Assembly (NCBI GenBank): GCA_002811645.1
Contig: PDIP01000052.1
Coordinates: forward strand, 1-64,000
DNA length: 64,000 nucleotides
Direction of reading: 5' to 3'
From: Corallochytrium limacisporum Hawaii
Taxonomy: Eukaryota; Protista; Pluriformea
Positions within the stretch are counted from its first letter, which is position 1. The number at the start of each line of letters is the position of its first letter. The translations under genes and the position numbers were made by a program. The notes beneath the pieces are model-generated. The model was not told the DNA's origin, made no database searches, and saw only the letters and a list, made by a program, of their open reading frames with translations. Below are positions 1 to 10,850 of the stretch, one piece after another.

Positions 1-16
1 AACCCTAACCTAGCCC
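1..16 (-). repeat. Telomeric repeat (TTAGGG)n at the window start; putative chromosome end
   Basis: Bases 1-10 are AACCCTAACC; the minus strand reads GGGCTAGG-TTAGGG-TT running off the end, the correct polarity for a left telomere. Only ~1.7 perfect units are visible. Confidence 0.6.
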
Positions 17-1068
17 GCGGTCTCCTTGGTGCCAAAAATGCGATCTTCATGGGCGGTATTCACGAGTATCTTGTCGATCTCGACCTCAAACTCATCATTT
101 GTTCCCTCAGATTTGCCGTTTTCTGCGGCAATCTCACTCTCAAGAACGGGCTGCTGCGACTCCGCGTTCTGCGTGTAGTCGATTTCGATCCGCAGGACCC
201 ACCTCTCCATGACAATTACAAACGTGTGTAGCACAAGTTGTCCGGCAGCCAGCAAATGACCACCTACCAAAATGTTCGCGAGATACCATGGAATGTTACG
301 ACCCCATTTGGTCAAGATATTAGAGGGGATCTCACAGCCATAAACACCATGGTTAAGGGCACCAACCAGTGCGTAAACCGTCAGAAGACAAATGGTCACC
401 AAGATGATGGGCCAGTGCATGTTCTTCGGATATTTCATATTACGACGGGTTGAGGGAACCAAGATATTGAAAGTGTAAGCAAACAAGAAGATGGCGATAC
501 CTTGAATGCCGATAGAGATCTCCACGTTCTCTGGATTCTCGTATTCGATGGGCTCGCCACTGTCGCTGCCGGCCTCAGCCAGAATGATGATAGCAACACT
601 ATAAGAGCAGATGGAAGCAAAGAGCAGCATGCCTGCCATGTCCTTCACTTCAGTGAGCATGCCAACGGGCCACATGGCGGCAACAGTAATGATAACCCAG
701 AGCTGGTAATCGAGGTTGCTTACGTTCGCAAAGACAGCCTGGAATGAGGATGCGCACAGGATGAGGAAGATGATGGCCACGAAATACGTGTCAACAATGA
801 AGGCACATTGAAATACCCATTTGCCCACCGGTCCGAGATGCTCTTCAGCCAAATCAACATATGCAAATGATTTTGACACCTTAAGATTCTCATTTAAAAG
901 AAGTCCTCCAATAATCATAAGAATGCTAACGAATAAAATCAACGTGAAGGCCCACCATCCAAAAATGGCGAACCCATATGGAATGGACAAGATTCCTGCA
1001 CCGATGGACGTTGTGGTAAGGGTCAATGTAGCCTTGGCCACATCCATAATTTCATCTGAAGCCATCAT
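10..1068 (-). CDS. Amino-acid transporter (Aa_trans/AAAP family), C-terminally truncated
   Basis: MMASDEIM start at 1068. TM1 motif TSIGAGILSIPYGF, FLFAYTF in TM6, eight hydrophobic segments, then an acidic loop and TAG. The family normally has 11 TMs. Confidence 0.85.
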   Translation of the reverse strand: MMASDEIMDVAKATLTLTTTSIGAGILSIPYGFAIFGWWAFTLILFVSILMIIGGLLLNENLKVSKSFAYVDLAEEHLGPVGKWVFQCAFIVDTYFVAIIFLILCASSFQAVFANVSNLDYQLWVIITVAAMWPVGMLTEVKDMAGMLLFASICSYSVAIIILAEAGSDSGEPIEYENPENVEISIGIQGIAIFLFAYTFNILVPSTRRNMKYPKNMHWPIILVTICLLTVYALVGALNHGVYGCEIPSNILTKWGRNIPWYLANILVGGHLLAAGQLVLHTFVIVMERWVLRIEIDYTQNAESQQPVLESEIAAENGKSEGTNDEFEVEIDKILVNTAHEDRIFGTKETAG

Positions 1069-2500
1069 TGTGCTACGTCGATGACGATACTTAGTGGAAA
1101 AATACACTATAAATTTAGTGTTCACTAGCCGAGTCCCTCTATGACCTGTCCCGATCCTTAACCACTCTTCGTTTGAATGGCAGCACCAGCGAACCAATGG
1201 ATCACGCTTCGGGACGATCAAACACCTTGCAAATGGGTCTCTTGGAGTTTTATGTCTTGTCAAACTGGTTCTTCTGCGCAACACAACGTTTGTTCACCTT
1301 GTCCGTGTTTGTAGTTATTTTCGTGCTCTACCACTCTGCATCTCTGATATGTAAGAATGCATGTGGCAAATTGTTATCGGTGATTAGTCCTACATGACTT
1401 ATACTCCGTTTTCCCCTCGTCCACCCCTGGCCACCGCCCTAGATCCCTATACGTTGCCAATCTATACTAAAACTGCACAGACATGCCTTTTTTCAACTGA
1501 ATCCTATTGGCCCCTTTCCCCCTTTTCCTTCTTTTTTTCTTCTGCTCACAGCCCCCTTCCCAAAACAACCAACAACCCCAACCACAGAAAAGACGAAATA
1601 ATGCAATTATAGCCCATCCTGTTCCACTCCTCCTACCGTTCTTACGGGAGGGGTATTGTAAGCCTTGATACGGTTGGGGGAGAGGGGGAGTGGGAGAGGG
1701 AGAGTGAGAGGAGAAAATGAAGGAAACCATATCGTCAACGGATCTATGCCAACCTCTTCATTCACCCAATAAAAAATCTTTTGCGCAAATTTTCAGAGAA
1801 CGTTGCGTGCAGAGACCAAAGGTTTCCCGCAATCTCCGGTCCGTGAATATTCTGATTTTGTTCAGCCACAAAGCTGGCAGCGGTAGAATACTCTTCGAAT
1901 GGTCAGGGGCAATGGAAGGAAACTTAAGGGAATATCGGATTGAATATTGATTTGTTTATTTTCATCTTCGTGTCGCAGCCAAAGCAAGCAGTCGGGGTCC
2001 GTCGCGCTGTGGTGGCTACGCAACCTGACTTTCAGGACCGGTGAGTTTCCTTTCAGTGTGTGCGCATGCCTCCTCATTATCAGCGGATAGCTCTATGATA
2101 ACATAGATGCTCTAAATGTTCATCTTTGCAAATTATTCAAGAACGGCAACTTGATGACTGAGTTCACGCGTCACGTTGCCACGTTGGTAGGATACATACT
2201 TTCACAACTATTAAGTGCTGCAGCCTTGGATTCTGTCCTTCGTTGCGACAGTCAAGGGAAACACTCCGAATGCAGTCCAATCCGCTCGGATGGACCATTT
2301 AATGCTTCACACAATGTCGCTGTGGATGTAATGTATTTGGGGGACGACAATACATAAAATACGTAGTACACAATAAGATTCTTACACGGGAGTTAAAAAC
2401 AATGTGAGGCTCATTTATAGCATCAGTGTGGTAAATGTTACAGGGGTAATCGACCAGTGAGTCCATTCCGGTGTCGCACTTATCGTTCGCAGGGACGAAC

Positions 2501-2938
2501 TCACTCCACAGTAGGATCGGTGGTGTGCCATTGGGCTGGGTCGGTAGGGTGGCCGGAGCGGTCGGCGCAAGTGGCACGCGCACCAGGTGTCTCGCTGGCC
2601 TTACACCAGCCTCCCTTGCACTCAAAATCAAAGACGCACTCGTCGCCATCCTCGCCGGGGGCGTTGTTCGGAGCACAGTGATTGTTTTGGCAGAGACCGG
2701 TGAAGCACTGGTCATCATTGGTGCAGTCGGCGTTCATGCGGCGAAGGTTGTTGACCAAGTTCCAGCAGTAACCCTTGTCGCCTTGATTCATATTGCAAGG
2801 CATGAAATCACAGCAATCAGCTCCGGTTACGCATTCGCCGTCCGCAGGAACGCAGGTGTCTGCTACAGAAGGTGTGATCGGAGAAGCAGTGGTCATACCA
2901 ATGACGGTACCGATGGCAATAGCAATGAAGGGCTTCAT
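2501..2938 (-). CDS. Small secreted cysteine-rich protein with an N-terminal knottin-like (C-C-CC-C-C) domain
   Basis: Signal peptide MKPFIAIAIGTVIGMTTA, then CVPADGECVTGADCCDFMPCNMNQGDKGYC and two C-x5-C-x4-C modules (CTNDDQCFTGLC, CVFDFECKGGWC); 145 aa. Confidence 0.8.
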   Translation of the reverse strand: MKPFIAIAIGTVIGMTTASPITPSVADTCVPADGECVTGADCCDFMPCNMNQGDKGYCWNLVNNLRRMNADCTNDDQCFTGLCQNNHCAPNNAPGEDGDECVFDFECKGGWCKASETPGARATCADRSGHPTDPAQWHTTDPTVE

Positions 2939-4580
2939 GTTTGGTTGGATTCCGGGTGATCGGTGGTCAAAAGCTAAGGAAAGACTGAAATCAAATCCTT
3001 TGAATGGTTTGAGGCTGATGGGCTTAGATGGAACTGGAACACATCTAGTTTTCAGAGTGTACTTAAATACCTTGGGTGTCGGTTCCCATGCTGCCTCTGA
3101 ACTTAAAGGTCCGCATTGTAGCTCCCGGTCCGGCATGATCGCCCCGTCGTTCCACTTTTTGCCGGCCCCCCCCTTCTTTGGAGGAGGAGGTTTGCCCCCT
3201 TGACGTAACAACCTCCGGTCATTCACTAAGCCATATAAACGCCCGGGCCGCGGTTACTTTGTATGGTAAACGGTCCTGCCGAGACTTAGGTAATGGTGGG
3301 GGGCTTGGCTAGCAAAATCGCCAAACCGGTACCTAGTTCGAAATAGATTCAGTACCGTGTTTGTCTGAAGCCAAAAGCAGAGTGAATTGTGTCGATAAAT
3401 CGTGCCTCTCGAATAGTTTTGACCGTTCCAAACGGCCATCCTGGGCACCGCGGTAGAATATATTGCGTCTGTAATTTTGATCACTTGAACATGCTTTGCT
3501 TCCTTAGATGGTTCAGCGCCGTGGGTATTGGAGACATCCGAAGCAGCCGCCGGGTAGACTTGCGGGATTAAGCAATCGACACCTTGTATGCAACCCACTG
3601 AATCAGGGTGGGAATGGCGTATTGATGACACTACTTACTCCTGGTGCAATAGGCGTATCGGACCTTGTCATGCACCAAAACGAGGGGTTGATCGCCAAGG
3701 GTTGCGTACGGTTGTTGTAATATTCTGCGATGTTAATAGAGAGCACTCCAGCCATCAAAAACCAGCGTCTGTTTTGTTTTTTGGTTGCCGGTTAGGATGC
3801 ATGCAGTGTGCGAAATCATTCGAGAATTTTAAGGTGGCCTACCGTAGATACCATGTGCTGTTGCATGTGGTCTTTGTTGTGCAGATCAATTCTGGGTACC
3901 GAACGACAGCCTAAGTCGCGCGGTTGTTCGGTTTTCAATGATAACAGCACATTGAGGGACTGACACACAAACACCATATCCGTGGCTTGCGGGAAACGGC
4001 TGAGGACACCCATGCGAAGTCATGCCATGACATTCGTAGCAACCAAATTTGTAAACAGACTAGGTCTGAACAGGCTTCAGTACCAGAAACAAGTCAGATT
4101 TCCATGACATATGGAGAACATCAGAGCCTTTGCCACGTCACGCTTACTCCGTGTGAACCTACATACTCACCTAAACTTATTCCATTTCAACTATTCGAAG
4201 AGCAGCAGACCCCCCTGTTGTGCAGTGGCTTTTCTAGCACTTGCCGTCCCCACCCCCTTTCATTTCCGGGCAGTGCGATGAGGAGTGGTACCACTAGGCT
4301 CCCCACTACGAGACAACGTGGCGAAAAATTGGGTGAGGTACTCTGCCGTCGGTGACCTAAAATGAGAGAGTGCTCCCCTCTCAAGTTTGTATACCTGAAA
4401 ATCTTGATAGGGCAGATCCGGATCTACCTCTCCCGCACAAAAAAGGATGCGACGGGGTCTTCAGTGAGGGGCAAGGGGTGGTGTCGCAGGTGCCCTGCTT
4501 CGCTTACTCTGCGGTTGATCTGTGCCTATGGCAATAAAGGACCACGGTGTAAACCCACCGGAACACTACAAGCAAGTAAA

Positions 4581-5671
4581 ATGCTAATTGACCTCAAGTC
4601 TGTGTTTCATCCAGTCGTGTCTAGAATACCCATCTTGGCCGCATAAAGTTCACTGGTGTCCGTTTCGTTAGGGAGCAGAACACCTGTCAATCTGATGGAC
4701 TGACGCATGTCCCTTGGGTGTGGGTTTGTCATGGGCAGATCTCTTGTAGAGCAAGATGTTGAGGATATCATGCTCTGCACTGACCACGAAACAGAGCCTT
4801 TTGTGATGCCTGGATCATATTTTGCTAATGCCGAAGCTTCTAGCAATCCAAGTTGATCACTAAACGACTATTCACGGCACCCGTCCTATCGGGCATGACG
4901 TGGTAGGCAAAGTCCATCTCTTCAGTAATTTACTGCGCACAGGGACATCTGTCCAGGCTGGGATTTTGAAATGACCGGATATTTAAATAGGAGGAATTGG
5001 TACACGCTCGTACGCATTGTTGGCGACTACATTGATATGGTGAGGAACTGGAGCACATTCGTGGAGGAATCATCTATGCATTTACGCTGGCAACCTTACC
5101 CGTATTTCAAGAAGCAGGAGAGTGTTATCCAACCGACCCGCCGCGATAGTTTGCACCCCAGTGATCCCAGCTGGATGTCCCAGCTGGGAATAGTATAAAT
5201 TTGGATTCGCCGAGGATGGCAGCTGGCTTGTAGGGGTTTCAACCTTGAAAAGAAACTATTCGAAGAAGAAAAAAGTATGTGTCACATTATCAGTCCTCAT
5301 GGGCATAACTGAGAGTGCGCAAATTTCATAGTACACGACGACAAGAAGAGGTTTCACCAGTGTACATTCCGGCTGCCTCCCAGGCTATCGTCGTCGTGAA
5401 CAAACTGTGCGACGGCGTGCACATCGCGAACAAGGAACTGCGGGCTCAGCTTGCGATGGAGGATATGAGCTCGACGAACTCGTGCATGCGACTTATTCTA
5501 TGGTACCAGTTACCTTTTCGAGAAGGATTGAACTACGAAGCCACCATTGCTGTATTAAAATGTCGTTTAGTCACGGATGCGTTGGTCAATTCTACAATTG
5601 TTGGTGCACTTCCGCGTAGAGTTGCAACATCCTGTAGCAGCATCTTGCGCTCCGAAGATTCTGATAGTTAA
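4581..5671 (+). pseudogene. Possible decayed coding region of unknown family
   Basis: Chain of protein-like ORF fragments (end of 4362-4646, 4971-5198, 5315-5671) separated by stops and frameshifts; no family recognised. Confidence 0.25.
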
Positions 5672-6295
5672 ATGAGTAGGAATTCGAAAACGTTTTCAGG
5701 CGTTGTTTGCTTATGATGGCCTAATAAGCCCTGTCTGTTTTTGGGATACTTTGGGGCTCAGTCTAAGGACGTACTAGTACAGTACGGGGTACAAACGAAA
5801 TTAATGGCCCTTCTGACTCCATGAGTTATTCTTCAGAATGTTCGTGCGTACGGATAAAAGCAAGCTGTGGCCGTGAGCCATGGGCATGCCTTCTGTACGA
5901 ACGGTCCTATTCAGGATTCTCTAAGGAAAACTCATTCAGGAGTCCAGTCATATCTGGTGGGCTATCTGGTGGGCTACCTTTGCTGTAGTTATCGAGCAAA
6001 GCTGCTGCGTCTTTCAGATCACAGAGCACAGGACGCTGGTGACACACTTTCATGTGGATGTGAGGTGTACTCGCGATATTTGGAGGCTGTAGGTGCAAAG
6101 GCCTCGGGGTCCCAGACCCACCCGTCGTATGTAGAGGTTGACACCACAAGGTACCTCTCATGTGATTGGCGGCCTTGGCTAGGGGTGCGACTCTACAGCT
6201 CGTACAGTGCTGTTTCGGGCTTGTCTTGCACGAAACAACTTGAAGTCCTCGGACTTAGCCTTAGGGTTAGCCTTAGACTTGGCCTTGGCCTTTGC

Positions 6296-7246
6296 TTAGA
6301 TCTTGCACTTTGGGCCGACCGTCTTTGACGCACGCGTGCCCTTAGCCATTGGAGGGATCGGCACTATAACCGTTGCGATGTTATTCAAGACATCCCGCAG
6401 GTGGCGATGGACCTCTATGAGCTTATTCTGTGCCATGTCTTTGTGACTGAAGGGAAATCTTTCCTGATTTGCCCTGATGATAGAAAGAGGGGCAGCCTCA
6501 TCATCAATCTCAGCCTTAGCAAGCTCACGGAGGCTGAGCCCCAAGTAATTCCATGCCGTAAGAGGCCTTATCAGCGAGTTCAGAAGTGACTGCTGTGCTG
6601 ACGAAGCGTCAATGTGAGCCATTTTCATAAGCTGCTCGAGTGACATTTCAGAAAGTGAACCTCCGCTAATCTCCTCCGCCCTGCAAAACTTGTGAAGTTG
6701 CTTTTTGTCCACAACTTCCACCATCAGTCGCTTGACGATGGCAGCCTCGAAGTTGATCACCACATCCAAGCTGTCGAAGTCATCCACACGGAGCCAGGCT
6801 CGCAGGGGGCCTACTCTCATGTGGATGTTCCTGGAGGGGGTACGGTCCCAGGCGACCGGTTTGCACTTGCTGCAAGGACGTTCAGACGATTTTTCTGAAC
6901 AATTGCAGAGGGCGCACCAGTACTTAAGTTTGCACTGCCTGTGGTTGCAGCGAAGCTCACCTGTCCATTGAGTAATCAACGGTATGTTCATCAACACGTT
7001 CCAGCCCAGAGTCTTGAATGGGTGCTGTGAAGGACAGAGCGTCCGGGCCTGAAAGGGCTTGTGACCGGTCCGGCTGGCCTCTTTGAAGGAAGGCTTGAAT
7101 AGATTATCTGTCCTCTTTACCTTAGCGTTGTGCTTCTTCTTACACTCACCTTCGGAACCGGAATTGGGGGTATCGACACCAGATTGGCAGCTGGCTGTCG
7201 AGAGTTTGGCCAACTCTGAGGGTTTCAACTCCATTGTGGGGTACAA
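6296..7246 (-). CDS. Hypothetical protein with a Cys/His cluster; may be prematurely terminated
   Basis: 316-aa ORF containing CNHRQC..WCALCNC..PCSKC. The TAA stop is followed in frame by AKAKAKSKANPKAKS. Confidence 0.5.
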   Translation of the reverse strand: MYPTMELKPSELAKLSTASCQSGVDTPNSGSEGECKKKHNAKVKRTDNLFKPSFKEASRTGHKPFQARTLCPSQHPFKTLGWNVLMNIPLITQWTGELRCNHRQCKLKYWCALCNCSEKSSERPCSKCKPVAWDRTPSRNIHMRVGPLRAWLRVDDFDSLDVVINFEAAIVKRLMVEVVDKKQLHKFCRAEEISGGSLSEMSLEQLMKMAHIDASSAQQSLLNSLIRPLTAWNYLGLSLRELAKAEIDDEAAPLSIIRANQERFPFSHKDMAQNKLIEVHRHLRDVLNNIATVIVPIPPMAKGTRASKTVGPKCKI

Positions 7247-10200
7247 TGGCTAGCTCATGAATGTTTCCGAATTGGTGGCCAATTGCGCTAACGTCTTGTT
7301 TCCTACTGGGTACTGCTTAGTAGTTAGTCCTCATATAGCTTCTGACCTATGAATGACCGACAGATCGATAGACGAGAGAGACATAAAATAATGTACAGGC
7401 CCCCAAAAAAAAAATTCTTGAAGCGAGTATGTACCCCATTTCCGCAAAGAGATGCCGATGGGGTGCCCCGGCAGGGAGTGCTATAGCCAAGATTTCTCCT
7501 CGTGTCAGAAAAGATGAACCCTAATTGCGAAAAAGAAAGCAGAGCGACGGATAGTCGGGCCGCGCCATCTTCGCCCGGAAACTCGACAGCTGATGCACCT
7601 TAAGAAAAAACCCAAAGGAAAAAAGGGAGAAAATAGCGATAGTAATTACAATACCAACAAAGCCAGACGTCTGGAGAGGCGTATGCACCTGCCATATCAC
7701 TTTTCCGTAGTATCGCAGTATATTTCATATTGGTAATTTGCCACCGTGGAGGGAAGGGCGAGAAGAGACCATCCGCCATTCGTCTTCATCACTACCCATT
7801 CCGGCCGCAATGGCTCCGTCCACCAATCCAGTTCAAAGGCTGCTCGCAAGTCTTGAACCTAGCCTCTGCACCACCGAAGAGATCAAATGACAGCCGCGAG
7901 TTTCATCCATCTCCATAGCACAGTACTTTCAAAAGTGTGTGCTTCATCGTAGACCAACAAGAGGAGATATACACAGGGTGAGAGTTAGCACACACGAGTT
8001 CAGATGTCTGCAGCATGATAATTTCACTGCTAGGACTGGGAGATTGGACCGCATTGTTTCCGAGCGTGTTGTAAATGTCACTGCAGAACAAAGTGAAAGC
8101 ACAGATGACTGGATACGTGGAGAATTTCTTTGGAGGACGCGATGACGAACGGACCAAGCGTTTGTTCTCTGATGCTGTCTGGCTGGCCCAAGGGGTCATC
8201 GAGATGCCACATTACTAGGTCATCATAGTCAGACGTCGGGTAAACTAGCAAACATGAAACTGCTCTTCGCTAGTCTGTGTCAATGGCTTCTACAAGTACA
8301 GATGTGAAGCGCATATAGATGGAGCCTGGTGCCACAGTCACCTCTTGAGTGTGCGTCTTGAAACTTACCTTGGCACAGCGTTCCTTAGGATGTCCAACCG
8401 GGAACACCTGGGGGACCCCTTCATTCAATTCACGCATCTGACCTTGGGCCGGTGTTTGCTGAACCACAACAGGAGGAGCACAAGCCAGTGGTAAGGTGCT
8501 GCGCTGTGGATTGGTACTTCAGGAGCGCCGTGGGGAGTATTCGCAGCCCCGCAAACTAAATGTGGGTTGTCATTGTTTGTCAAGGGTGTTAGAGATATGC
8601 CTTCCGCCGTGGTTCGCTCCTTCTGAGTATATAAGATCCTTGGTAGACGCAGCATACTCGGCCTGCTTGGCTTTCTTGCATGTTGTCCACACCCGCCGGA
8701 CAGGTCTTGTGGCCGTCTTCGCTCTCCTTGCAACTTCCGTCCCGTGTCAACGTCTTCTATTACACCGGACGGTAGTTCTTGTAGCGAGTGCTAACGCGTT
8801 GCATGAATTCATCATGGTTTCGTTTCTGTGAAGAGTCTCAATTGGGACCTAAGATGCCTGATAATGCAGAATTTCTTGGGTTCAACAGCAGTCCTTCGCT
8901 GTGAGCTCTTCCGGATTTGGCGAAGAGAAAATTCAGAATCCCTCTCCTTCACAGCACACAGATCACACACGCTGAGAAAAATGCGGCTTCTGCAGGGGGG
9001 CCTATCGTACGCTTCTGTCACGCAGTGAAGCAGAATATCAGGCGGAATCACAAAAATTTGAATATTCTCAGCTGATGGGTACAATGACTGGCGGATTCAG
9101 CCCTCAACAGCTTCGAAAGCTGCCATGGTACCGTCGACCAATTTACGAAAGATCAAGCCCAAAGCATAGTGGACGATAGCGAACGCTTTTCTTTCACCAG
9201 CCTGACTTTAGGGCTCCGGATTTCATGATCTCTAACGGCTTGTGCGCGTTGTAGCTCTAACAGTTCAGAAGAGTCCGCGGTTGCTCACCGAGTTGTTTGC
9301 TCATGATGCAGAATCAACCGACTCACGATGACAGCTCCAGCTTCAACACTGATTCTGACTGTGGTGGGGGGCAAGTGATCCAGTGGCACGCATCTCGAAT
9401 ACGATTGTACCAGTACCGTGGTACAGGTCTCGCTGCCGTAAGTGGGAAAGTGCATCAACGTGAGGGCCGGCTGGCCCATGCTTTGCTTCCTGTACTATGT
9501 CCCTGCGAACTGCCCTTCGAACCCAAGCACTAGTATTTCGTTTCCTCGGTAATTTCTTCAATGTTGCAAAATACCCAATCCTGCACAGTATGGTTGTACT
9601 GCCGTACCGACCTCTGAGTTGAATGTACCCTCCGTATCCATACGAAATTCTCGTCCGAAAATAAATAACGGATCTTGAGACATAGGATTATGTATTCGAA
9701 GAGGTAAATTTAGATGTTAGCTATACCACGGTACAATGAAATCAGTGGTGGCACTAGAAAATTCGAGTCACTGAGCACTTCGTTTCTGTGTTTTCTGGAT
9801 GTTCCGCTTGTTTGCGGAGTGATGTAGTCAGACCGGTGCTTGACCACGGTCATAACAACTCTCCAAGGGATCAAATACGTTGCCAAAATCATTAAAGCAG
9901 ACTGTTTAACCATGGCATCTTACGTGAGCCCCGGGGGCCACAGTGGCGAATCTGTCATCGCTTTCGAAGAATTCGATTCCTAAGATGAGTCTTGTATGCT
10001 CCTGTTCCGAGAGTGACTGTCGATACGGAGCCTATCCCTCACCAATTTTTGACCGTATGCAAGAGTCGTGAATCACCTCGTCTTCGAATAGTGTGCCCTG
10101 GGCCCTCCCCCCGGGGGGAGGGGGGAAAACAGCCCACTAGGATAGTGCGATACGGGCGTCATTTTTGCATAATTACTATCTTTGTCTTGAAAGTCTCCTG

Positions 10201-10850
10201 CAGCATCTTGAATGCAGACATTTGCTTCAAGCAAATGTCTGAACCACACGGAAATCATTGCGTGTTCACGAACAAACACCTGTAAATCTTTGACTTGTGC
10301 TTCCTATCCCTCTAGTGGTAGAAAGTGCCCCCGTCTTTCAGTTCAGTCCATGATTTCAGATTATTGGCGTACGCAAGTCATTCACGAATCGGCTTCAACA
10401 TCTCGGCTGGACCAATTAGTGCCGTCGTTGGCGCCTGAACATGCTTATTGTGGGCAATATTTCCATGCCTAACAGTGTGGACAGGAGGAGTTAGACTATT
10501 TTTGGTACGTTTATCAGAAACTCAATTTGAATTCATTCTTTGGGATTGTCCATCTGGTGGTCCGGTTTTTCTCGCGCTACATGGAGATCACATGAGCACC
10601 ACAGCACTGAGCAGGTATGCTCTCGGTCCAAAACACCACAAAGCACGGATTTACACGACACGGATAAATGATTCACGATTCAGGCCATCCTAAAACGACA
10701 AGGTGATGCAATACGAGCAATGTCAGAACTTAGCAGCACTGTACTCGAGACCGTATGGCCATTCAATTTAGATCCACATGATATATTGATGATGATGTAT
10801 GTATACGACGGACGATATGATCAGGTAGGGTTCGGCTTTGTTTGAACTAA

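Noticed and set aside
6255-6290. TTAGGGTTAG interstitial telomere-like sequence
   Set aside because: Explained by Lys-Ala codon repeats (AAG GCT/AAC CCT) on the minus strand; only one full unit.
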